From positions 64,001-88,554 of IMG/VR virus record IMGVR_UViG_3300032116_000094: DNA of 24,554 nucleotides; one strand, 5' to 3'. The stretch comes from a virus. Lineage: Duplodnaviria > Heunggongvirae > Uroviricota > Caudoviricetes. Shown here piece after piece: positions 1-8,096 of the stretch. The position numbers and the translations under genes are program-made. The notes below the pieces were generated by a model, which did no database searches, was not told the origin of the DNA, and saw only the letters and a list, made by a program, of their open reading frames with translations. Position 1 is the first letter of the stretch. Every line of letters starts with the position of its first letter.

Positions 1-355
1 TCATCGTCTTTTTCTTTGATTTTTTACCTCTATTTCTAAGCATTTCAAAATCTTCTCGATCTAATTTGTTATTACGATTTAAATCTATCTTATGCTGACG
101 GCCTTTTAATTCGTCATTTATATTATGTTTTTTATTTTTTGACTTTTTATTCCTTAACCTTTTAAAATCATCCCTATCCAATTTACCATTTTTATTCATG
201 TCTAGCTCCCGCTGACGGCCATGAAGCTCATCATTAATTATACTATCGTCAGTTTGCTCATTATTTAATCTTTCCTTTAAACGGGAAACTAGAGAGTTTG
301 CTTTATCTTCCAAAGCCTCATTTATAATTTGTTGTGCTATTCTATCGTATCTCAT
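1..355 (-). CDS. Hypothetical phage protein (3' end runs off the window) with two EF-hand-like repeats
   Basis: Not in the ORF track; hand-translated from the ATG at 355: MRYDRIAQQIINEALEDKANSLVSRLKERLNNEQTDDSIINDELHGRQRELDMNKNGKLDRDDFKRLRNKKSKNKKHNINDELKGRQHKIDLNRNNKLDREDFEMLRNRGKK... The frame stays open to position 1 and has TATTTATA just upstream. Confidence 0.85.
   Translation of the reverse strand, partial: MRYDRIAQQIINEALEDKANSLVSRLKERLNNEQTDDSIINDELHGRQRELDMNKNGKLDRDDFKRLRNKKSKNKKHNINDELKGRQHKIDLNRNNKLDREDFEMLRNRGKKSKKKTM
5..238 (-). repeat. Two 117-bp (39-aa) intragenic repeats, INDELxGRQxxLDxNxNxKLDRxDFxxLR
   Basis: gctgacggcc occurs at 94 and 211, 117 bp apart; each translated unit carries a D-x-N-x-N-x-K-L-D-x-x-D-F loop. 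Confidence 0.85.
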
Positions 356-363
356 CAATTAAT

Positions 364-379
364 TATTTATATATAAATA
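364..379 (-). promoter_or_regulatory. Candidate late promoter TATTTATA (372-379) within the 16-bp perfect palindrome tatttatatataaata
   Basis: Lies in the 26-bp gap upstream of the ATG at 355; the same TATTTAT core is found upstream of 4145, 14570 and 18914. Confidence 0.5.
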
Positions 380-381
380 GT

Positions 382-942
382 TTATAGATATATTTTATTC
401 AAATTTTTCTCTACTAATTTATACAGTTGAAAAAAATTAATCTGATTTTCTTCTGAAATTCGATTCAAAATATTAACTAATTGTTTTCTTTCTGTTAGTT
501 TTAATGCGTTAATATCTCCTTGATTACAGTATGGATATTTTTTACATTTCTTTTTAACCGTAACAAATTTACCCCCAGGATATAAAGGTTTCTTAGCCCC
601 CCTCCAATCTTTTTTACTGGTAGATTTAGCCCACATTGCCGGTGTTTCATATGAACCAGAGGATGACGCCCCTACAGCTTCTTTCGCTTCAGTTTTTTTC
701 GATTCAAAATTTATAGGCGCAGAATATTGGCCAGAACCCCCACTAGCGGTAGCTTCTTTACTTTCTAACTTTTTCTTAGCACAGGCTTTTTTATTCTTAG
801 GATCTTTACAGTCTAATTTTCTTTCAGATAGATTAGATGTTATTGAGTTATACATTCCGGCTCCCTCAGGCGTGGATAACGCCCCAGAATTAGATATTTT
901 CTCCCTTAACGTATCACTAAATGTTTGTAGTAAATTTGACAT
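382..942 (-). CDS. Hypothetical phage protein (Lys-rich, CxxxPYCNQG motif)
   Basis: ORF track gives 382..969. The start was moved to the ATG at 942 (MSNLLQ), which forms a TAATG overlap with the upstream stop. No family recognised. Confidence 0.8.
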   Translation of the reverse strand: MSNLLQTFSDTLREKISNSGALSTPEGAGMYNSITSNLSERKLDCKDPKNKKACAKKKLESKEATASGGSGQYSAPINFESKKTEAKEAVGASSSGSYETPAMWAKSTSKKDWRGAKKPLYPGGKFVTVKKKCKKYPYCNQGDINALKLTERKQLVNILNRISEENQINFFQLYKLVEKNLNKIYL

Positions 943-1187
943 TACGCATTTTTTAATCTTGGCTCCCATTGACCTCTATTAGCCCACATTTGGTAGTAGA
1001 ACTCACGAAAAACTTTTATTATGATGTCTTTGACATCCCCCTCCAGTTTCCCATCACGAATTTCTTTTGAGATGGTATCCAAAAGCCTATCCTCATATTG
1101 CTTAATAGTATTCTGCCCTAAGAAATCTTTAACTTCTTTGCGGACGATCACTTCAATATCTTTTATGTCACTATTTGTTAATGCCAT
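942..1187 (-). CDS. Hypothetical protein, 81 aa
   Basis: Tiles between its neighbours (1-nt gap upstream, TAATG overlap downstream); predicted helical; no recognised motif. Confidence 0.8.
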   Translation of the reverse strand: MALTNSDIKDIEVIVRKEVKDFLGQNTIKQYEDRLLDTISKEIRDGKLEGDVKDIIIKVFREFYYQMWANRGQWEPRLKNA

Positions 1188-1188
1188 A

Positions 1189-1593
1189 TTATTTTATAAT
1201 TAAAATCACAAATGTACTAACCACGTTAAAAAAAGCTGAAAGCCGGTACCAAAACATATTCTTTTTTTGTTGCTCTAGCTGATTAAATGCGATTTCATTT
1301 ATTTCTTTATACTGAGCCATTTGTGCCTTATTATTTGTTATAACTTTTAAATAGTTTGTATTAATACTATCCATCATGAATATAACACTATCTTTCAAAC
1401 CGATAATTTCTTGCTGAACTAAAATCTTATCTTCATATTTACCTAATATTTTCTCGGTAGAATCTTTCTCGATCAGTTCTTTAATTATTAATTTTGCTGT
1501 CTGCTCATTTATTTTTATCGTATTCGTATCTGGTTGAGAAAAACATATAAATGTCTGAATTATTAAAACTATCGATAGAATTAATTTTTTCAC
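1189..1593 (-). CDS. Secreted/membrane coiled-coil protein (signal peptide plus C-terminal TM); possible spanin-like component
   Basis: GTG start; MKKLILSIVLIIQTFICFS|Q signal peptide, helical middle, hydrophobic C-terminus WYRLSAFFNVVSTFVILIIK. Overlaps the upstream gene by 89 bp in another frame. The CDS is solid, the function is inferred. Confidence 0.7.
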   Translation of the reverse strand: MKKLILSIVLIIQTFICFSQPDTNTIKINEQTAKLIIKELIEKDSTEKILGKYEDKILVQQEIIGLKDSVIFMMDSINTNYLKVITNNKAQMAQYKEINEIAFNQLEQQKKNMFWYRLSAFFNVVSTFVILIIK

Positions 1594-1891
1594 TTGTGTT
1601 TGTTTTTATTGTTGATATATCTTTGTTTATTATGTCGATTTTAGAATATGTACTAACAATTTTGTTATTTATCTCTGTAATTTCAGAATTATAAGTTTCA
1701 ATCTTAGTTAGTAAGTGCTTGTTCTCAGAATGAATTGAATCCAATTCTGTCTTGATTCTTTTTATTTCATCAGCACTGTCAACACTATCGTTATTCATTT
1801 TGCGTAGCAGATACACAGTATATAAAAGGCTCAAAATAACAACAGTATATATTATTATATTTAGCAGATTGCTAGCAGATTTTAATTTCAT
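1505..1891 (-). CDS. N-terminal TM plus coiled-coil protein; i-spanin-like
   Basis: TM IIIYTVVILSLLYTVYLL followed by heptad-rich EIKRIKTELDSIHSENKHLLTKIETYNSEITEINNKI; ATGA coupling to the upstream gene. Confidence 0.7.
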   Translation of the reverse strand: MKLKSASNLLNIIIYTVVILSLLYTVYLLRKMNNDSVDSADEIKRIKTELDSIHSENKHLLTKIETYNSEITEINNKIVSTYSKIDIINKDISTIKTNTSEKINSIDSFNNSDIYMFFSTRYEYDKNK

Positions 1892-2502
1892 ACTCCCATA
1901 TTTTTAGGCGATGTTCTTTTTCTAGCAGCAGTTACTTTTGACCACTTAGCTTTAAATTTTTCATAGTAAGATTGTAAGTCATTTATCATACCTAAGAACT
2001 CTTCATCAATTTTGATCATATCTCCATTTATGTAAATTCCATTATTTTCCCCTATCGTAAAATAGAAATCTAAATCAAAATCAATAATCTTACCCCCCCA
2101 TTCTACATCATTCTGATAAATATGTAAGGCATCAAAATTAACTAATGATGAAACGTCTTCTATAAATTCATCCATTGTCTCCTGGAACGCAATTTTCTCG
2201 TCTGTTGTAAGTTCCAACTGCGAACGATCAGTTCCATGCATAGTTAATATACCACCAGAAATTCTGTAGGATTGCTGTTTGTCTCCTTTTTTATCTTCAG
2301 TATCTTCATCACCTTTTTCCTTTTTAAAGCTTTTTTTTATGCTTTTTAAAGGATTAATTCTTTGTCTTAAATCTGAAGAGTCTTGCTCTGTCAATAAGTA
2401 ATTACTAAGAATTTCATTACTTTCGCTTACTCTGTCTTTACCTAATAATCTTTTTGATGCAGATAAAAGACCGCGTATTTCTTCATACCTTGAGTCGCTC
2501 AT
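1888..2502 (-). CDS. Hypothetical phage protein, 204 aa
   Basis: ATGA overlaps at both ends; charged N-terminal half and a globular-looking C-terminal half; no family recognised. Confidence 0.85.
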   Translation of the reverse strand: MSDSRYEEIRGLLSASKRLLGKDRVSESNEILSNYLLTEQDSSDLRQRINPLKSIKKSFKKEKGDEDTEDKKGDKQQSYRISGGILTMHGTDRSQLELTTDEKIAFQETMDEFIEDVSSLVNFDALHIYQNDVEWGGKIIDFDLDFYFTIGENNGIYINGDMIKIDEEFLGMINDLQSYYEKFKAKWSKVTAARKRTSPKNMGV

Positions 2503-3092
2503 TTTTCTAATTGGTTTTTTAAAAATTTAAAATCAAAAGCAGGGCTTAAACTTGTAACTTCCATACTAAAATTACTATACGTTATAACCCCCTCATATTT
2601 TTCGGCATAATCTATTTTTGTATTATGGCCTATAAATTTTTGGTTTATGTTTAAACTATTTGTTACTTCTCTTATGACATCTATGCAAGAATTAATTTGA
2701 TCTTGTGTGTATGGCTGCCAATAAAAGTAGTCACGCCATTTTTTCTCATAAATGTCTCCATTATAAATATCTCCAATCCAATTAACAAATCCTGTTTCTA
2801 TGGGAATTTTTTCAAGCCACCCTAAATTTTCTAGAGTTATTATAACAGAGTTTTTATTCATATCCGTTTTTTTAAAAAAATTGGTATATGCATTATCGGG
2901 TAATAACTTGTATACATCACCATTCCTTGATATAACAAAATTCGGTACCTTATCGTAATCGCCATTATTACGATAAAGTACCGAATTGAGATAATCCGTA
3001 ATATTCCTGGAGGTGTGTGTTAATATGATCTGTTTCTTAGTTTTACTCTTTTGGTAATTGTTAGAAACGTAGTTTTCAACGATATTAGCCAT
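2499..3092 (-). CDS. N-acetylmuramoyl-L-alanine amidase (Amidase_2-like) homolog with a non-canonical metal site
   Basis: Motifs QIILTHTS, NFVISRNGDVYKLL, NKNSVIITLEN, PYTQDQINS, IGHN and SPAF match the order of Amidase_2/PGRP elements. Confidence 0.75.
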   Translation of the reverse strand: MANIVENYVSNNYQKSKTKKQIILTHTSRNITDYLNSVLYRNNGDYDKVPNFVISRNGDVYKLLPDNAYTNFFKKTDMNKNSVIITLENLGWLEKIPIETGFVNWIGDIYNGDIYEKKWRDYFYWQPYTQDQINSCIDVIREVTNSLNINQKFIGHNTKIDYAEKYEGVITYSNFSMEVTSLSPAFDFKFLKNQLEK

Positions 3093-3867
3093 TCCTCCTA
3101 GTATAACTTAAACGCTTTATTTTTGGTATAAGAGGATCCTCTTTAGGGACCTCTAATTCCTGTTGTGTAACTTCAGGTGTTGTTTCGGATGTATATGGTA
3201 TATCATCAACTACGGATACCTGTTCAGTTTCTGTTGGAGTCGGCTCTGGTGTTGGCTCTGGCGTTGGTTCTGGTTTAATTTCGGGTTCTGTTGGGTTTGG
3301 GACTCGTTTCAACTCAGATAATTTTTTTTCTAGCTCTTTAATTTTATCAATTAACCCAGATACATCATCGTTTTGTTTTTCTTCAACAACTTCTGCTGGC
3401 TCCATTTTACTAGATCTAAATTTAACCAACATATGTAGGAATGACAACGATATCAAAGGTAGCATTCCACCTGAGAACATAGAAAGTATTCTTTTATGAC
3501 CAACAATATCTGTTTTTTCAATATTAAATAACTCCGCAATAGGGGTTATTAGGTCAATCCAGTCTTTAAATTCTTTACTCTCTATATTAATGTATGTGTA
3601 TGAGTAGAAGATATTTCCTACGAATTGGATTATTGTTACAATAGCAAACGGAAAATATACCTTACTACCCATCTCAGCAGAAATTGCTGCCAAAGCAGCT
3701 AAGGCAGCAATTTCTACAGCAACAGATAAATAGATTGACCAACTAGCCGGATTGGTTACACCATACCAATTTGTGACATGTGATATTGAAACCAAAGCTA
3801 CCAGGATTATTGGTACTATGAACGAAAAATATATTATTGATTTAAAATTTCTTTTAATCCAACTCAT
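3085..3867 (-). CDS. Multi-pass membrane protein with a C-terminal coiled coil and PEPT linker
   Basis: About four hydrophobic segments in aa 10-150, then LIDKIKELEKKLSELK and PEPTPEPTPEPTP. Holin or lysis-accessory role is possible but unproven. Confidence 0.75.
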   Translation of the reverse strand: MSWIKRNFKSIIYFSFIVPIILVALVSISHVTNWYGVTNPASWSIYLSVAVEIAALAALAAISAEMGSKVYFPFAIVTIIQFVGNIFYSYTYINIESKEFKDWIDLITPIAELFNIEKTDIVGHKRILSMFSGGMLPLISLSFLHMLVKFRSSKMEPAEVVEEKQNDDVSGLIDKIKELEKKLSELKRVPNPTEPEIKPEPTPEPTPEPTPTETEQVSVVDDIPYTSETTPEVTQQELEVPKEDPLIPKIKRLSYTRRNG

Positions 3868-3869
3868 AA

Positions 3870-4145
3870 TTACTTTAGTTTTTTTAACTCTTCGTCAATC
3901 GCGTTTTGACGAGAAACATCTAGAAGTGTTCTATCTGTTGCTTGGATCATTCTTTTTTCAGATTCAAGGCCCATTATGGTCAATTTTTTATCCAGTTCAA
4001 CTTTAGTGTAAGTTGAGTCTTTTATCCTGCCAATATCTTTATTTATTTTAGATATTTGACCTTTCGTCGAACAAACACTAAGCAGTGTCATAATCATAAA
4101 CGCAAGCACAATCTCTGTAAAATAGTTTTTAATGAATTGCCTCAT
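3870..4145 (-). CDS. Small membrane-anchored or lipoprotein-like protein
   Basis: N-terminal hydrophobic stretch IVLAFMIMTLLSVC ending in Cys; helical C-terminus; A-rich start context. Confidence 0.7.
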   Translation of the reverse strand: MRQFIKNYFTEIVLAFMIMTLLSVCSTKGQISKINKDIGRIKDSTYTKVELDKKLTIMGLESEKRMIQATDRTLLDVSRQNAIDEELKKLK

Positions 4146-4175
4146 TTTTTTTAAAGTTTTAGTTTAGAAAATTAT

Positions 4176-4198
4176 TAGACTATCACATAAATAGTCTA
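4176..4198 (-). promoter_or_regulatory. 8-bp inverted repeat (tagactat/atagtcta, 7-nt loop) overlapping a TATTTAT motif at 4187-4193
   Basis: Seen directly in the 63-bp gap between the sigma gene stop and the ATG at 4145; could be a terminator, a promoter or both. Confidence 0.45.
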
Positions 4199-4208
4199 TT
4201 TTTTATTT

Positions 4209-5009
4209 TTATATATAGTCAAAAAGAATTGCCGTACCATTCCTAAGTTTACGCAATCCTTTCTCCTTAATCTGACGAATACGCTCTTTTGTTAGATCAA
4301 AGTCTTGTCCAATCTCTTCAAGAGTTCTACATGAACCTGTTAGTCCGTAATAATCTTCAATTATGGTTCTTTCCCTGTCATCCAAGCTACCGAGAAGCTC
4401 AAAAAGTTTATCCCTGAGAACCTTGGTACTATTGAATGATTCATCCGGTCTACTAGCATCATTATTATAAATGACATCAACCAGAGTATCACCATCTTCA
4501 TTTATTGGCTTATCAAGCCAAATCATGCTAGGTAAGTTAGCATATTTATCAGATTTAAATCCAGTACCGTTCTCTATTGCTTTTTTTTCTTTCTGAACAT
4601 CTTGTACGACATTTACAGGAAGCCTTATCGTTCTAGCATTTTCATTGAGAGAGTAAAGGATTGACTGGCGAATCCACCAAACAGCATAAGAAATAAATTT
4701 AAGGTTTTTATTCCAGTCAAAATTTTGAGCTGCTTTCATTAGACCTATATTGCCTTCAGCGATCAAATCTGGAAGATCAAGACCTTGGTTCTGATATTGC
4801 TTAGCAATTGTAATAACAAATCTAAGATTACCACGAACAAGCTCTTCGTTAATCTTTGAAACCTGGCTAGGCGTAAGTGTACCTGAACGCATCAAATCTG
4901 CAATTTCTTTTTCACGCTCAGTTGTCATAACTTCGATCTTTCTAAGATCTTTAAGATATGAGGAAATTTCAGCTTGATTAAATGGAATTGTTGTTTTCTT
5001 TTCTTTCAT
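4209..5009 (-). CDS. rpoD: Phage-encoded RNA polymerase sigma factor, RpoD/SigA (sigma70) family
   Basis: Region 1.2 SSYLKDLRK; region 2 NLRFVITIAKQYQNQGL...DLIAEGNIGLMKAAQNFD...KFISYAVWWIRQSI; region 4 HTH TLEEIGQDFDLTKERIRQIKEKGLRKLR; no region 1.1. Confidence 0.95.
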   Translation of the reverse strand: MKEKKTTIPFNQAEISSYLKDLRKIEVMTTEREKEIADLMRSGTLTPSQVSKINEELVRGNLRFVITIAKQYQNQGLDLPDLIAEGNIGLMKAAQNFDWNKNLKFISYAVWWIRQSILYSLNENARTIRLPVNVVQDVQKEKKAIENGTGFKSDKYANLPSMIWLDKPINEDGDTLVDVIYNNDASRPDESFNSTKVLRDKLFELLGSLDDRERTIIEDYYGLTGSCRTLEEIGQDFDLTKERIRQIKEKGLRKLRNGTAILFDYI

Positions 5010-5494
5010 ATTTGTTCCAAAAATTTTTTTTCTTCATTTGTGAGAGAGGATATGCCTTGTTCATTTATCTTGTCCAAGATAGTATCCATATTGAACACAC
5101 CATCGGTAAAATTGTTGTTACAAATGGTATTATACTCATAATCCTCATCATCTTCATCATCATAATAATCAAAGATTGTTGGATTAGTTATATTGATAAA
5201 TAATTCATATTCTTCTTTATCACGGAAGCTTAACACAGATGAATCATCTACAACAGTCAAAAAATAAACATTATAAATAGAATTTAGAGGCTCACGTAGT
5301 TTACTATCAATATGTTGACAATTCATCTCGCTCATAAAATGAAACATGATTGAATCTCTAGTCCTATAGAACGTAATATCTTGTTTTGTAATATCAAATT
5401 TTGGTGCAATAATCTCAACAATTTCACCAAATGTTTGCATGATTTCATTTTGCGTAATGCCAGTCTTATTACAAATTAAGTAGTATCTAGTCAT
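5006..5494 (-). CDS. Hypothetical protein with a C-terminal DUF6576-like helix pair
   Basis: Start moved from the TTG at 5506 to the ATG at 5494, because the TTG is part of the promoter element. The C-terminus DTILDKINEQGISSLTNEEKKFL resembles the DxILDKIxxxGxxSLTxxEKxFL motif. ATGA-coupled to sigma. Confidence 0.7.
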   Translation of the reverse strand: MTRYYLICNKTGITQNEIMQTFGEIVEIIAPKFDITKQDITFYRTRDSIMFHFMSEMNCQHIDSKLREPLNSIYNVYFLTVVDDSSVLSFRDKEEYELFINITNPTIFDYYDDEDDEDYEYNTICNNNFTDGVFNMDTILDKINEQGISSLTNEEKKFLEQI

Positions 5495-5503
5495 ATCGTT
5501 CTG

Positions 5504-5514
5504 CAAAGGTAATA
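5504..5514 (-). promoter_or_regulatory. Bacteroidota-type -7 promoter element TAnnTTTG (TATTACCTTTG)
   Basis: Minus strand reads TATTACCTTTGcagaacgatATG; the identical 11-mer lies upstream of the primase gene. Confidence 0.6.
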
Positions 5515-5529
5515 TTTTTTTTTTGATAA

Positions 5530-7866
5530 TTAAATTAATTCACTAATATTTTCAGATTTTTTAATCTGGCAGATATTGTCTGCCCAATTGTCTATCATTG
5601 GGTTATGCGAGATAACAAATATTTTTTCAAAATATTCTCTAATCTTGAAGAAAAAATTGCCAACTAATTCTAAATTGTCATTTGATATTTTACCAAACAC
5701 CTCATCCATTACTATAATGTTTGGTTTTGGAAGCGAACATATTTTAGACAAAACGGATCTTATGGCTAGAGATGAAATTGTCTTTTCGTATCCAGACCCG
5801 CTATTAAGCAATTTTTCAATTCCCGTAGAATTGTCTATCATGTAGAACTCAACATCATTCTTATCTGAAATCTTGATTTCAACTTTGAATGGTGCACTAT
5901 CTTTTAACAATCTTTGAAGCTCATTGTTTATTATTGGTAACATAGTTTTCATTATATACTTACTAATACCATGTTTGCCAAACAACTCTAGATATATTTT
6001 ATATATTTTTTCTTTCTCAGCTTCCTCTTCTATTTGCCGGATAAAATTGTAATTAGAGTCTATTTTATCATGATGATTTTTAATTTGCACTATTGCAAAT
6101 GTTATTTTTTCATCAAGTTTCCTTTTAGCTTGCGTAAGTTCTTCTAAACGATATTTAGCTTTCAAAAGTTTTGACTCTATCTCATTATTTTTGTTAATTT
6201 TTTCCTGGATTTCAAGGTAATCCGAAATTTTTTCTTTAGCTGAATTTATTTTTAGCTCTAAAGATTCTTTTGTTATCTCATATTTTGAATAAATTAATGA
6301 ATTTTTTTCATAAAGATCAAACTTTTCTCTTAATACAATAAGAGCTTTTTTTTCTTTTTTACATGTTTCAAGTTCAAGAACTAAAGAGTTTTTCTTCTGA
6401 TAGAGTTTTTCCAAATCCATCAATTTGTTTTTAACAAGAATGGCATTAATAATATCAATACCGCAATGTTCACACTTTATACCACCATCAACAGAGTTTT
6501 TTAACTCCTCTAACTCTGATATCTTAGAATCAATAGTTGTCAACTCAACATATATATCATTACACGCATCATTCAATTTATCGTAAACCTGTTCATCATA
6601 AAACTGATCAGGTTTAACAAGGTAAAGATTAGACATTTCTTTAATTGTATTGCTATATTGGATATTTAGTTTTTCTAACTCAGAATTTAATGTATCCAAA
6701 TTTGTTGCAGCCAAAACCGAATCAATGTCTGTGTGTTTAGAAGCCATCAACTCCTCCCTATATGATGTCCCTATTTTAATCTTTTCCTCAATTTCAGATA
6801 AAGCATTTTTGTCTATTTCTAGACATTCTTGAAATGTATCGATAAACTCTAAGTTTTTTTCAATATCCTGTTTTAGAGTTTCTTTGTTATATATATTGGA
6901 GATTAATCCCTTAGAGAATGTAGAGTATATTTCTTTGGCGATTTCTTCTTTTCTTTTTAAGAATTCTAACCCTAAAAACTTACTTAAAATTTGTCCTCTG
7001 GCTGTTGGTTTAGACTCAATCAAATCTTCTAGATTTGATCCTGTCGTAAGGATTGTCATCAAAAAGTCCTCTTGTTCTCCAATCGATGATTTTATGAATT
7101 TTTCTGTTTCACGACGTTGCTCACCTGTTAAACTTTGCAAAGATCCGTCTTTATTTTTCTTTATAAAATCTAATTCCGCTTTTACTGAATAATCCCCACT
7201 CTTGTTCTTTTTACGCTCAAGAGTCCTAATAATAAAATAATCATCGCCATCAATAGTAACCTCACCTTTAACAACTACTTTGTTTTTGTCTGTAAACTTA
7301 TTGAATATATCCTCATTTTTTGTCGTTTTAGTTGTCGTATTGAAGAATAGAAAAAGCAGAAGATCTACCGCCAGGACTGTTTTACCCCCAAAGTTAGGTG
7401 GATTCGAGGTTATAACTGTAATACCATTGTATTTGGTAAAGTCAATAACTTGATTCTCACCGAAGGACATAAAATTAGAAAATTCAATTCTTTTTAATGA
7501 CCATTTTTTAAATGCGGAGATGTCTTCATACCTAGAAATGAGTAGATCTTCTACTTGTTTATCCAATAAGTAAACGTCAGCAGCGAAATCATTGTATGAT
7601 TTAGAGTCCAAATACATATCAATTAACGACTTCTGATAATTCTTATCCATGATATTGTATGATACATCAATTGTTTGCATGGTCATCTCATCGTCCTGAC
7701 TAGAGTCCACTGTGATAACATTTATATTTGTTGTACCATACTTTTTAGAAAAGTATTGCTTAACGCTTTTTATGCGTTCTTGTGTGAAGTTATGTGGTTC
7801 ATCTTCCCAAATAACTTGTACGTTAGGTGTATATTTTTCCTCAATATCAGTTACTTCGCTGCTCAT
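5530..7866 (-). CDS. sbcC: SbcC/Rad50/gp46-like SMC-family ATPase with a 121-aa N-terminal extension
   Basis: LKRIEFSNFMSFG, Walker A-like NFGGKT, long coiled coil with zinc-hook CEHCG (about 6461-6475), signature GSGYE, Walker B IIVMDEVFG, H-loop VISH. Confidence 0.92.
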   Translation of the reverse strand: MSSEVTDIEEKYTPNVQVIWEDEPHNFTQERIKSVKQYFSKKYGTTNINVITVDSSQDDEMTMQTIDVSYNIMDKNYQKSLIDMYLDSKSYNDFAADVYLLDKQVEDLLISRYEDISAFKKWSLKRIEFSNFMSFGENQVIDFTKYNGITVITSNPPNFGGKTVLAVDLLLFLFFNTTTKTTKNEDIFNKFTDKNKVVVKGEVTIDGDDYFIIRTLERKKNKSGDYSVKAELDFIKKNKDGSLQSLTGEQRRETEKFIKSSIGEQEDFLMTILTTGSNLEDLIESKPTARGQILSKFLGLEFLKRKEEIAKEIYSTFSKGLISNIYNKETLKQDIEKNLEFIDTFQECLEIDKNALSEIEEKIKIGTSYREELMASKHTDIDSVLAATNLDTLNSELEKLNIQYSNTIKEMSNLYLVKPDQFYDEQVYDKLNDACNDIYVELTTIDSKISELEELKNSVDGGIKCEHCGIDIINAILVKNKLMDLEKLYQKKNSLVLELETCKKEKKALIVLREKFDLYEKNSLIYSKYEITKESLELKINSAKEKISDYLEIQEKINKNNEIESKLLKAKYRLEELTQAKRKLDEKITFAIVQIKNHHDKIDSNYNFIRQIEEEAEKEKIYKIYLELFGKHGISKYIMKTMLPIINNELQRLLKDSAPFKVEIKISDKNDVEFYMIDNSTGIEKLLNSGSGYEKTISSLAIRSVLSKICSLPKPNIIVMDEVFGKISNDNLELVGNFFFKIREYFEKIFVISHNPMIDNWADNICQIKKSENISELI

Positions 7867-7875
7867 TTTTCTTAA

Positions 7876-8082
7876 TTAAAGGTTTTGCTGGACGTTTATT
7901 TGGGGTGAGGGTTGTTCCTCAACTTCTGAAGTTAGCTCTGTTTCAGCCGAGGCTTTATTCTTTTCAATTGACTCTAGAAGAGTTTTAAATGCCTTACGCT
8001 GCCGATTAATATCCTCTGAAATTCTTTGGTTCCTACTTTGAACACGTTGTTTGTGACCTTTTCTGTTTTTTGATTTTGCCAT
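7876..8082 (-). CDS. Small basic hypothetical protein
   Basis: 68 aa filling the gap; Lys/Arg-rich N-terminus MAKSKNRKGHKQRV; A-rich start. Confidence 0.7.
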   Translation of the reverse strand: MAKSKNRKGHKQRVQSRNQRISEDINRQRKAFKTLLESIEKNKASAETELTSEVEEQPSPQINVQQNL

Positions 8083-8096
8083 AGTTTTAGTTTTTT

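Noticed and set aside
3093-3100. AGGAGG Shine-Dalgarno-like sequence before the amidase ATG
   Set aside because: It lies only 1 nt from the ATG and is explained by the Arg-Arg codons of the overlapping upstream gene.
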